Below, one piece after another: positions 39,266 to 52,500 of a DNA stretch of 64,000 nucleotides. The notes beneath the pieces are model-generated. The model was given only the letters and a program-made list of their open reading frames with translations. It was not told the origin of the DNA and made no database searches. Origin of the DNA: Octopus vulgaris (Eukaryota). Both the position numbers and the translations under genes were made by a program. The DNA lies in the NCBI GenBank assembly GCA_951406725.2, contig OX597815.1, forward strand, positions 82,026,001-82,090,000, written 5' to 3'. The stretch's first letter is position 1. The number at the start of each line of letters is the position of its first letter.

Positions 39266-40141
39266 CGAAGTGGTATCAAAAGGTTCCTGGACTAGTTATG
39301 TTTAATAAAAAATAACTTATTTACCTAAGTTTTTACATCATTTCCTTCGAAATAGTCGCCTTGTGCAGCAATATACCATCTCAGCGTTCCCAACACTTTT
39401 GGAATGCAGCCTGGAAGTCGTTTTCCGTAAGTGAGTCGAGTACGTTCTGTGATTCGTTCTGGATCTCGGTAACGGTGTTAAAACAGCGACCTTTCAGCTG
39501 CATTTTCCTCTTGAGGAAGAGATGGAAGTCCGCAGATATTAAATCTGGCGAATAGGGTGGGTGCGGAAGCGATACCATGTTGTCTTTGGTGAGAAACTCA
39601 AGAGTTCGGAGAGTTCGGTGATAGGGTGCACAGTCGTGAAGAATCCAATTATTCACACTCCACAGATTCGGTCGCTTTCGCAGCAGCACTCTCAATTCAC
39701 GGTCTGGCCCTGGAGACGAATTCTCGATGCACAATGCCACATTTCCCAGGGTGACGCTCGTGGCAAGTTTTCCAGATCGCTCATCGTCTTCCAGGGACGT
39801 TCTTTCGCTTTTGAAGCACCCGTGCCACTCGAAACTTTGCGTACGATTCATTGCTTCATCACCGTAAGTTTATCGAAGCATGCTCAATGTCTATGTAGCA
39901 GACTTGCCTAATTTGACGTTGGCTCTTTGTTCCTGTCCGTGACAAAATCGCAGACTACAACGTACAAGTGATAGAAAAAAAAACACAAATTTCACAACTT
40001 GCAAAGTAAACACAGTAATGTTACTTGGCACACTGCGTTATGAAGGAAGGTCACTACTAGCTCTCACGGCGCGCACGACCGTGTATTGCCATCTGTTGGC
40101 GCGTTACAGGATTAAATCGGGAACATTTTGATACAACATTG
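39266..40141 (-). mobile_element. Internally deleted mariner with both TIRs
   Basis: TA|CGAAGTGGTATCAAAAGGTTCC and GGAACATTTTGATACAACATTG|TA; peptides FEWHGCFKSERTSLEDDERSG, WILHD..APYH and HPPYSPDL..ADFHLF. Confidence 0.9.
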
Positions 40142-40715
40142 TATCTACATGCCTCTAATGAAAAGAAGGGTAAAAGTTGCAAAAGGAAAATTATATTGTT
40201 CAATCCTATAGATAATGCAATCTACACTACATATAAGGGTATCTATGTGGGTGTACTTGTGTGTATGCATGTTTGTGTATGTGTGTGTGTGTGTGTGTGT
40301 TTATGAAAGCTCTAGTTCAGCCTAAGAAAACGACGTGGGCCGACTATGTAGATTGTAGGAAATATATAAAATTCCACACTCTACGGAGACTTCTGTTCTC
40401 TAAAAAAGACTTCTTAAAAAACTGAAGCTAGAACATATGGATTATTTTCAATCTGTTCTGAACGAATAAAAAGCACAAAGTTCATGAGGTAGGTTGGGAT
40501 ATTAATGCAATACATAAGACATTACGTAGAAAAATTTACTGAATGTCATATTCCACACGCATAATTCAAACGAAACGCAAAAGGAAGCCCCACAGATAGC
40601 AATAATCTCCTCAAAATGTTCTACTTGTAAGAGAGTTTGTCTATCTAAGGCCGGCTTTGTTAGCCACTTGAAGATACATGAAGCGAAGCGAGCTAATAAT
40701 AAATCTTCGCCGTAC

Positions 40716-40774
<59 letters not shown>

Positions 40775-40811
40775 CGATAAAACCAAATCCAAAGACGATG
40801 GTGTACTTGTA

Positions 40812-40856
<45 letters not shown>

Positions 40857-40992
40857 CTAAGGAAGAAAAGATACTACTCAAGTAAAATACTATTTTATTA
40901 TTAAAGCCGAAAAAAATTTTATCACAACTGTTTGAGGAACAGTTACGTGAAACTCGGAGTAACAGTTCGTGAATTATATATATATGTATATA

Positions 40993-41078
<86 letters not shown>

Positions 41079-41412
41079 GGGGGGATAGAAGAGAGACAGG
41101 GAAAGGAAGAGAGAGAGAGAGAGAGAGAGTTAGAGAGAGTAAAGGAAACGTGTTTAAAGAAATAAATATATTGATATTTCAGAAAATGCTTCGACACTTT
41201 CGGTCGTAGGTGTTTCCTAAGAGATCAGTTATCGCTTCGTGTGTCCACAGGTAAGTCTGTCAGGTGGAGTGCATCATCTTTCCCAAGCTATTCCCAGATG
41301 TAGAGTTAATCTCTCAGCACTAATTGCAATCCAATGATACATTGGACAATAGCTGTGTAACTCCTACGGAACAAGTACCCGTCATGTACATGATAATGAA
41401 CTGTATCCATTA

Positions 41413-41758
41413 CTAGCAGTATAGCCCAGCGTTGCTCGGGCTTGTTTTCTTTTCGCCCCTTTAGAATTGGAATTTTTGAAAAGTAAAAATACACCGAAAA
41501 ATGGCGACACAGCAGTAAAAAAAAAATCGTAAAAAATAGGGATTTTCATAGAAAAAAAAGCACTTTTTTTATGTAAATAATTTTTGGTGTTAACATGGTC
41601 CGATTTGAAATTTTTCTTCTACGGAAGGAAGATCAAGCCTTCTTCTATCATACTCTCAATTTTGGTCAACTTGCGCCGCAGGGTCTCGGAGGAGATAGTG
41701 TTAGTTGAAGGCTACCGAACCTGCCATACACAGACAACTTCAGCTTTATATATATAGA
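41413..41758 (-). mobile_element. Non-autonomous Helitron
   Basis: Minus strand: A|TCTATATATATAAAGCTG ... hairpin AGCCCGAGC/GCTGGGCT then CTAG|T. Confidence 0.85.
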
Positions 41759-42600
41759 TAAATGCATTGCTTAGATGCAATACTACTTCAAATTCAAATA
41801 TATTTGTGGCACGTTTGGACTAATAAACAGGCCATTCACTGAGTTTTGCCATGGAGAAAATTTCTCGCTATTGACAATGGTGTAAGTACACCTAGATCAG
41901 TTCGCAGCGCCCTGTTTCCAGACTGTGAGATGCAGCATTTCAGAGTACTTATCTCCTTTTCGTTCACAGACACTGGACAGAGGGTGGACCGAACTGATGA
42001 AAGAGCGATTCTCTTATACTATTTCACTCATCATACAATGGCTGATAACGCTACGTGGCGGCTCACCGTAGGTAAATTACGAAGTAGGAACGTTAAGCAG
42101 TCAAATTTAAAATTATGTTGCCCCCGCTCATGGATAATGGCACTTCTTTGTAGTAAAGTGTTTTGATCTGTTTGAGAACGAATGATTTTCGTCCATTGGT
42201 AATGCATGGAGATAACTCAAGCAATTTTCGAAGCTCCCTCGCTCTTTCTCCCCGTCCGAATGTTTGTGATAAGCTTTAACCTAAAGAAATATAAGGTGGA
42301 CATCAAACGTATCAGCAGCACCAGTCTAGTAGGTCGGCAAACGCTACGAAACTATCGATTGGCTCGGCAGATTAGCACAGACACGCAGACGTATCTGGAC
42401 ACACATGCACAAGCGCACGTGAAGCCCCACACATCCCATATATCGGGAACAGAGGTTGGTATATCCATTTGAATTTTGTTGCTCTTTTATTGTATTTATT
42501 ATGTTTGTTAACGCTCACGCTCCTAAACACGGGTATTTTGAGTCAGTATTTTGTAATCTGACAGTCCCTTTACATGGAATTTCGCCTGTCTTTTTGAACC

Positions 42601-42685
42601 AAGGCCATGAAGAGTCTTGAATACATAGATATGAATTGTTTATAAATCAAATCATGTATGTAAGTCGAAACAAATTGTTGGCTTT
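42601..42685 (+). ncRNA. Degenerate type-I hammerhead ribozyme with extended helix II
   Basis: aaggcc-ATGAAGA-gtcttgaatacat...atgtatgtaagtc-GAAA-caaattg-TT-ggcttt; C3A. Confidence 0.55.
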
Positions 42686-42783
42686 ATTTGTTTTTTTTTT
42701 AATTGGTTATTTATATTATATATCATAACGTAAATAAAATTGTTAGATTGTCAATAATTGTATTTCTCTATTTAATTTATATA

Positions 42784-43026
42784 TATTGTGTTGTGTCTGG
42801 GGAGAGTTATTCTCTTTTAGTGCTTTATTATTTAACACACTCACCGGTTTAGTTTCCATTCATTTACTTATTTATTTTTCGTAAAATTTTCGTTGCGTCT
42901 TGCAAACTTTTCAACAGTCGTTGGCACTGTCCGTTATCCGAACTGCGTTCGGATAACTATACCGGTGAGTGTGTTAAATAATAAGGCACTAAAAGAGAAC
43001 GACTCTCCCCAGAAACAATAAAATAT
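42784..43026. repeat. Inverted repeat (~60-bp arms), probable PLE-type inversion remnant
   Basis: TCTGGGGAGAGT..AGTGCTTTATTATTTAACACACTCACCGGT is mirrored at 42961-43026. Confidence 0.8.
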
Positions 43027-45258
43027 GCTTCAGCACACGAACTCATTTAAAGAATCTTGCAATCCAAATCCCGAAACAAAATATATATATTAAAAATTGA
43101 GAAAGCTTAAAATATCTCCTACTTACACAGCTTGAAGTCATATCGAGTAATGTTATATATATTTTTAAATGTTATAGTATTTAAAAAAAAGTTTGCAAGG
43201 ATATAGAAAGGCTTTGTGAAGTGGAAAAAGTTGTGAAGTAAAAGATGAGTGCAAATGATAATGAATTTAGAATACTTGTAAAAATAAAATGAAATGAGAA
43301 CTCAAATTTCGGGTTAAACCTGGTTAACCAAATAAGACAGACTGGGGTCGATGTAATCGACTTACGCCTCCCCACCGAAAGTACTTGCCTTGTTCCAAAA
43401 TTTGGAACCGATACACACCATATTTGAATACGAGCTATTATTAGTTTCATGCTATGAAAACACAATGAACTGGTAAGCTTATATATCAAGCCTTGGGTTT
43501 CCAAGCAATCTTTCATATTCAGATATACAGTATAGTTAGTTACTTTTGGATAGAACGAGAAAGGGCGCTGGTCTTTTAATAAACAAACCAGAAAATATAT
43601 ATTTACACTGACACACAAACACCTTTTTGGGAAAAGATGGAGCGAACAAACTTTATTTGTAGATCACATGTTGTTCTTGAAGCCCTAGTTTATTACCTTA
43701 TTTAATGGCCCTACTATTTTTTAGAACGCAGGATTTGGGAGATATTTGGCTACATAAGCGGTCGGGTGACTACCTACATTTTCACTCGTTAGCTCTTTGA
43801 ATTTTCTGCAGACGTGCTAAACACTAGTAAGTGCCTTTAGTTAGGAAATAACGTACAACTAAATACCGCAAGGCATTTTACCCAGGCGCCGCTACCGATT
43901 TTGTCATATAACACCCTGAGCTAATCGCTAATATTAAGGACTTATAATAAGATTTTGCCCCATACCGATGTGTATGCTGTCGTTCTTCGGCTAACATGTA
44001 CAGTTAAGCTTGTCTTATCTGTCAGTCACGCCGACATCGCTCTCAATTTGGTGATGGAAAGTCTCACATCTCTTGACGAGATATCAGATAACATGCTAAG
44101 ATGTCAATGGGAAGCATTCAAAAGTTTGTCTCTTTGACAAGTTCTCTCATTCTCTCCACCCTCTCTCTTTTTCTCTATCTCATCCTCTCTCTGTGTCACT
44201 CTGTTTGTCTATCTGTCTGTCTGTGTGTCTCTCTCTCTCCTCATACTCGTATGATTATCTTTATCGTTTTAATTTTCGCCTTCCCTTCACACTCTCTCTA
44301 ACATTTTTATGAGGGTGTCTGTCTTTCTCTTTTATCTCTAAGCCATTTTCTCCCAGAAATGTCAAGAGTTTCACTCATCCGTATATGATACTCATGATAT
44401 ATTTGTCGAAAATATTTCACAAATAACTAATTAAACACGTAAACAAACAAAGGAACAAAGAAATAGATAAAAAAAAATCAATAAGTAAATAAATGGAGAA
44501 ATACATCTGAGAAAAGAAAAAAAAAAGAAGAGGAAGGAAAGAAATGGTAAGATAATTAATTCTAGCAGGTGGAACTAAACTCTTAACCCTTTTCATGACC
44601 AGAGCAATCTTACCCCTACCGCTACTACAATTGCAATCACTACAACTGCTGCTGTTATTAACACCCTCGTTTTTGCTACCATCACCACGAATATGAGAAA
44701 AAAGAGACAGAATGAATGTTCATTCTCCTGAAAAGGGCTTAGCGCTAAACCTCTATAAATGAGAATTAAAATGGGAGGTTATTTTGGTAAAGTGGTTTAT
44801 AAATGTAGTTGCTTGTTAGTGTTGTTTGTTGTTGGTGTCGTTTATTGTTGTTTAACTCTATGTCAGCTTTCATCAAGTGGACATGATCGAAATTATTTCA
44901 GTCGTGGCCATTCTGTAGGATTATATCTTCTACTGTATCATCTATAGTATCCTTCCTCTTTTATGATGGTTAACGTGCTATGAAAGAGATTTAGCTTCCA
45001 TTTCTAGCAGATCAGGCGACCTCATGGAATCTCACATACATGAAAAAACATAAATACATACTCATAGACATACTTTCAGAGACACAAACATTATACGCAG
45101 GCACCACACACACACAGACACACCCTAAACATTCCTTCACTAGTGCGAAGCCACAGTCGTTGCACATATTAAGAACCAGTCTTGAAACAAGGCAACTTAA
45201 AAGCAGCAGATGTATTACGAATGCCAGGCCACACATTGCCTGATGACCTTACACCCCA

Positions 45259-45305
<47 letters not shown>

Positions 45306-45989
45306 TTCTATTTTACTGACACTGAAAAAAAAACTAGACAAAAAGTTACTGGAAACTCAGAACAACAGTTTGTGTGGGGTTTTCTCAACAGTAAACTCGC
45401 GTTTTACCCTACCGTTATTATTCTAGTGTTATTTTCTTCACCTTTTCTACCTATGTGCTAATAGATATGTATGTGTGTGTGTGTGTAAATGTTGGTATTC
45501 GTCTCAAATTTGGATGAAAATACACAAGGTGACTCAAATGTCACTACTCGGATTTTCATTGTAAAATAAATCTCTAATACAGATATTCTAGCAGACTAAT
45601 GATATCTAACTTTCTACATACCATTTGAGCAGATCTCTTACAGCTTTACATGAAAATAAATAAAGAGACTGTATCTTCCTATAAGAACTTAATCCAGCCC
45701 CTAGTAATAATTAGGAGCCTAGTACAATAATATCTAATTCAATAGGACAATTTTCGATAGAGGAGCCTTCTCCAATATCGAAGTGTGAACCAGAAGTGAC
45801 TTTAGAGAAAGCCACTCACTTTTATAATATACTAGATGCATGCAAATAGACACACCATTGCACAATACGATAGGAGCGGCACATAAGGATCACGAATCAA
45901 CAACTGAAAAGATATAAGTCCGCTAATTTAATATTCCACCACCACCCCATTGGGTGACAACCTCATGCAAAATAACCATGGATCTTACA

Positions 45990-46120
45990 CCAGTGCTCTG
46001 CGACCGGCATGCCGCAGCACACTGTTGCGCCAGGTGTCTCGCAGTGTAATCCGAATATAATTTTTCTCCCTATACTTTTAGCTATATTTTTAGTTCAGGG
46101 GTGCCGTAGAAGTTTGAAAT
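45990..46120. mobile_element. Truncated hAT-type MITE related to 61303-61921
   Basis: CAGTGCTCTGCGACCGG start and shared internal motifs GAATATAATTT and ATATTTTTAGTTCAGG. Confidence 0.6.
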
Positions 46121-46179
46121 CGACCCCACTCACACACACACCGATTACTTATCGATTCCCCCCCCCTATTTATCTGTAT

Positions 46180-46384
46180 ATACTCTTTACTCTTTTACAC
46201 TTTTACTTGTTTCAGTCATTTGACTGCGGCCATGCTGGAGCACCGCCTTTAGTCGAGCAAATCGACCCCGGGACTTATTCTTTGTAAGCCCAGTACTTAT
46301 TCTATCGGTGTCTTTTGCCGAACCGCTAAGTGACGGGGATGTAAACACACCAGCATCGGTTGTCAAGCAATGCTAGGGGGACAA

Positions 46385-46417
<33 letters not shown>

Positions 46418-46575
46418 CATATATACGACAGGCTTCTACCAAATCCACTCACAAGGCATTGGTCGGCCTGGGGCTATAGCAGAAGACACTTGCCCAAGAT
46501 GCCACGCAGTGGGACTGAACCCAGAACCATGTGGTTGGTTAGCAAGCTACTTACCACACAGCCACTCCTGCGCCT
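46180..46575 (-). mobile_element. Family-B composite SINE
   Basis: Consensus match. Confidence 0.85.
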
Positions 46576-47200
46576 ATATACACAGATATTTAAAATAAAC
46601 AAACGTACAAATATGCCCACGATCACTTAAGCATAGTTGGAGAGATTTACATGGAGAGATAGCTAATAACACTAAGAAACGAGTTTACTACTATTTAAAC
46701 AGATAGACTGAAGTATAAAACTGCTATATTTGATTATATCTGTTTATTTGTCCTTCTAGATGGCACACCGAGGGAGTTGTGAGAGGATTGTGTAGGCGGA
46801 AACTGAAAGAAGCCCGCCATATATGTGTGCGCGCGCGCGCGTGTGTGTGTGTTTGAGTCTGTGACTGTCTCCGCCTCCCTACCCCCTCCTTCGCTTGACA
46901 ACAGGTATTCGTGTGTTTACGTGCCCGTAACTTTGCAGTTCGGCAAGAGACTGATAGAATAAGTACCAAACTTAAAAAGATGGGTCCTAGGGCGATCCAT
47001 TTGACCAAAAATTCTCCAAAGGGGTGAAAGAAGTAGAAGACAAAAGATAAAGATATGTGTGTGTGCGCGCGCGCGCGTGTATGTGTGTGCGCGGGTGTGT
47101 GTATGTGTGTGTGCGGGTGTGTGTATGTGTGCGTGCGGGTGTGTGTATGTGTGTGTAGTTATTTGTATATGAGTATATTTATGATATATATTGGTTGTCT

Positions 47201-47957
47201 AAGGCGGCGAGCTGGCAGAAACGTTAGCACGCCGGGCGAAATACTTAGCGGTATTTCCTCTGCCGTTACGTTCTGAGTTCAAATTCCGCCGAGGTCGACT
47301 TTGCCTTTCATCCTTTCGGGGTCGAAAAATTAAGTACCAGTTACGCACTAGGGTCGATGTAATCGACTAAATACCTATGTCTGTCCTTGTTTGTCCCCTC
47401 TATGTTTATCCCCTTGTGGGTAATAAAGAAATAGGTATTTCGTCTGCCGTTACGTTCTGAGTTCAAATTCCACCGAGGTCGGCTTTGCCTTTCATCCTTT
47501 TGGGGTCGATAAATTAAGTACCAGTTACACACTGAGGTTGATGTAATCGACTTAATCCCTTTGTCTGTCCTTGCTTGTCCCCTCTATGTTTAGCCCCTTG
47601 TGGGCAATAAAGAAATAAGAAACGTTAGCACACCGGGCAAAATGCTTAGCGGTATTTCGTTTGTCTTTACGTTCTGAGTTCAAGTTCCGCCGAGGTCGAC
47701 TTTGCATTTCATCCTTTCGGGATCGATAAATTAAGTACCAGTTGTGCACTGGAGTCAATCTAATCGACTGCCCCCCTCCCCAAAAATTTCGGGCCTTGTG
47801 CCTAGAATAGAAAAGATTATTAAAGGCGGTGAGCTGGCTGAAACGTTAGCATGCCGGGCGAAATGCTTAGCAGTATTTCGTCTGTCTTTACGCTCTAAGT
47901 TCAAATTCGACTGGAGTCGATCTAATCGAGTGGCCTCCTCTCCCAAAATTTCGGGCT
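47201..47957 (+). mobile_element. Tandem family-A SINE array
   Basis: About four units. Confidence 0.85.
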
Positions 47958-47959
47958 TT

Positions 47960-48380
47960 AGAAGTGGCTGTGTGGTAAGTACCTTGCTAAACAACCACAT
48001 GGTTCTGGGTTCAGTCCCACTGAGTGGCACCTTGGGCAAGTGTCTTCTACTATAGCCTCGGGCCGACCAAAGCCTTGTGAGTGGATTTGGTAGACGGAAA
48101 CTGAAAGAAGCCTGTCGTATATATGTGTATATATATATATATATGCGTGTGTGTGTTTGTGTGTCTGTATTTGTCTCCCTAGCATTGCTTGACAACCGAT
48201 GCTGGTGTGTTTACGTCCCCGTTACTTAGCGGTTCGGCAAAAGAGACCAATAAAATAAGTACTGGGCTTACAAAAGAATAAGTCCCGGGGTCGAGTTGCT
48301 CGATTAAAGGCGGTGCTCCAGCATGGCCGCAGTCAAATGACTGAAACAAGTAAAAGAGTAAAGAGTAAAAAGAGAGAGTA
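47960..48380 (+). mobile_element. Family-B composite SINE
   Basis: Head TGGCTGTGTGG / GGTTCAGTCCC, CORE-like ACCTTGGGCAAGT, microsatellite, tail and (AAAAGAGT)n. Confidence 0.85.
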
Positions 48381-48455
48381 GAAAAAGATATATATTGGGT
48401 GTCTGTACGCAACTGTGTTGAGTGTGCACAGTTCATTGTATACAAGTATTTATTT

Positions 48456-48519
<64 letters not shown>

Positions 48520-49048
48520 GAGAGGGAGAGAAGAACACGAGTGAGAGACAGTGTGTCTATGTGTATCGATAGCTAAAAATAAATGTACGCATCATCTGTC
48601 CATATGTGTATGTAATGCTTGTGGTGGTTTTATTGATGGAAATGGGGCGTGAGTTTAAGAGAGCACAGTGGAATGAGACGAAGCAGAGCGCCCTCGGTGA
48701 CAGGTAAATTCCACCACGGAAAATTCCCCCAGGTAGATTTCACCATAAGTAAATTCCACCACGGTATATTATTATATGGGTTACGATATTATGGAAATTA
48801 AAAATAGACTCTCTTTTACTCTTTTACATGTTTCAGTCATTTGACTGCGGCCATGCTGGAGCACCGCCTTTAGTCGAGCAAATCGACCCCGGGACTTATT
48901 CTTTGTAAGCCCAGTACTTATTCTATCGGTCTCTTTTGCCGAACCGCTAAGACTGTATAAAAATAATATCAATAATGTCAATGAATACAAAAAATACGAG
49001 GGAGAAAAAATAATTAAGAAATACATGATGAATACTTTAAACACCTGA

Positions 49049-49375
49049 ATGAGGAAGCAGTATCGAAAAGAAAGGTCCTGGATCTGTGGTTTGCCTGGCC
49101 ATATAAAGGAAAGCTGTCCCCAGGAACAAAGCAAAGTCCTGGAGCAGTCAATTGAGACCTTTGTAGAAGAGGAAACGATGGCGGCTGAGGAGACGGAGGA
49201 TTCTTCAGGGAAGAGGAAGAAGGTGAGCAACAATGGGTGCTCACCGAAGGATCCTGGGTATGAGGGAGGGGAGGTGAATCTCCCAGTCACGGAGGAGATG
49301 CACCCTCCCTCAGCTGAGAGGAAAAAAAGAGGAAGAGGAAGAGAAACGGGACATTGCTGGCAGTCGGTGACATAG
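49049..49375 (+). pseudogene. Possible gag/LINE ORF1 zinc-knuckle fragment
   Basis: (S)WICGLPGHIKESCP fits CX2CX4HX4C with the first Cys lost; followed by an acidic/basic tail. Confidence 0.45.
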
Positions 49376-50560
49376 CATCTATCTGTCTGTCTATCTATCT
49401 GTCTGTCCGTCTGTCTGTCTACGTGTGTGTGTGTGTGTGTGTGAGCATAAAGAAATATATGAACAGATACATACATACATACATATATATATCTTCGTAT
49501 ATCCCTTTCTACTATCTCTCTCTCTCTCACGAACACACATACATACACACTCACACACAAAGGAACATAAAGATAGCTATATAGTAAAGCACAAGACATA
49601 AGGGGGAAAGTGAGAGAGAGAGAGAGAAAGAGAGAGAGGGGGCAAGGAAGTAAAGTGGAAAGGAGAGGAAGAGAGAAAGGGAGAGAGAGAGAGTTAGCGA
49701 CAGAGGAAGAAGTGGAGATCCCTACTCTTCAAGTCTTTCGCTATCCCTCTTGCTCCGCCTCCGTCAGTAGTAAAACTAACAAAAACCAAAGAAAATAAAA
49801 ACAACAAAAAAAAATCAGGATTAAGACTAAAAGCAGACGGTGAAGAGTGAAGAGATAAGAATGATAATGTGAAAGCAGTCTGTTAAATTCAGCTTAGATG
49901 TTACTCTAGTGTTGATTTGACCTAATAAGCAGTCAGGGTTCAAAGGTTAAAGTACAGTCGAAGCAGCCATTAGGCCGGAAAGGAAATGGCAGATGGAGCA
50001 AAGAACATAGAACGGTGTTGGTGTCGATGTTAGTGGTATTGGTGGTGATGGTGTAGTTGACTTTGGGTTTTTGTTGTTGTTGCTGCTTCTACTACTTCTG
50101 CTGCTGCTGCTGTTGTTGCTGTTGTTGTTGTTGTTGTTTAGCCTCGGGTCAGCGTCGACCAAATAGTTAAACATTATCCACTGTATCTTCATCTATAACT
50201 CCTAAGAGTCCATACCACTCCTAAGACTTTGTGTGGTTCATGCAAGCAAAATTATCAATTGGAGATCCGTGGTAGTATTATAAGAGTCCGTGAAAAAAAA
50301 GTTTTGTTTAAAATTGCGTGGCAACTTAGGCAAGTGTCTTCTACTTTAGCCTCGGACCGACTAAGGCCTTGTGAGTGGATTTGGTAGACGGAAACTGAAA
50401 GAATCTCGTAGTATCTCCCCCTCCCCTCTCTCTCTCCACACATACACACGTTTATCAATTCGTTTTGCAAGATTTCTGATGTGAAACAGATATTTGGCAA
50501 AAAAAAAGAAGAAAAATTGACCATCTCGAAATACAACAATATATATATATATATATATAT

Positions 50561-51450
<890 letters not shown>

Positions 51451-51499
51451 TCGGTATGTGACACCTTAATTGTATACATAAGACAACATAATATAGTCA

Positions 51500-52500
51500 T
51501 ATGCAATACATATTGCCCACCGGATGCCCCAAATCACATAGGCAAGTTTGAAGATTGCCTCACAAGAATTAAAGAAATCCTCATGAATCTGGAACACCAC
51601 GTGACCATATTTCTTATGGGTGATTTCAACTTCCCCAACGTCAAATGGCCCGAAGGTCACATACTTTCAGGAATGAATCATTGCAAGCAAGTACAGGTGG
51701 AGTCCCTGCTCAACCTCACCAATGCCTTATTCATGGAGCAAGTTGTACTCAAGCCAGCTAGGGCGAATAACATTCTGGATCTCTGCTTCACGAACAATAT
51801 GGACATTATTCATGATGTGAAAGTGACACCGACATCAGTTTCGGATCACAACATAACAGAGCTGTCTATGTTTGGGCCAAAAGTAACCAGAGACATACAG
51901 CCTAAAGGAAGCAGCCGAAATCTCTCCAATCTGAACTTCCACAAAGCAGATTGGAAATTGATCCAAAAAGAGATCCTCAGAGAGGACTGGCCGGAATGTC
52001 TCTCCACATCAGACATTGACATGAAACTAGAATGTTTCATGTCTTCTGTGCAAGCCGTATGTCATGAGACGACGGACGAAGGTTGCAAATCGTCTCAACC
52101 AACATCCCAAAAGTAGCGAAACGTCCCGCCTAAAAACAACACTGATGGAGATCGAAAAAAGGCTGCAACGAGCCAATGTGAAGGAGAAAGCAAACAAAGA
52201 AGCCTGGGTTATAAAAAACATTAAATCAAACCCAAAGGCCTTCTTTCATTACGCGAAAGAAACAGTCTCAGTGCACTACAAGATAGGACCCCTCCTCCAA
52301 AAGACAGTCCGACTATGATCAGTGAGATGCTGAATGACCAGTTCAAAAGTGTCTTTACCACCCCGTTGGAACACAGACAAGTGAACGGACCAGTGGACTT
52401 CTTTACCGCCTCACCTATAACCAGCGAGGCGGTTACAATAGAATGTATTGACATTAGCGAAAAAGATGTCCTACTAGCCATAGATGAAGTGGACACAAAC
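51500..52500 (+). mobile_element. CR1/L2-type LINE fragment (APE endonuclease C-terminal half and linker)
   Basis: FLMGDFNFPNVKW, PARANNILDLCFTN, SDHN, NFHKADW, NIKSNPKAFFHY and LNDQFKSVFT. Confidence 0.85.

Noticed and set aside
41990-42020. CTGATGA followed by a hairpin
   Set aside because: No GAAA or helix III.
47201-47957. CRISPR-like array
   Set aside because: Eukaryotic SINE multimers with no unique spacers or cas genes.
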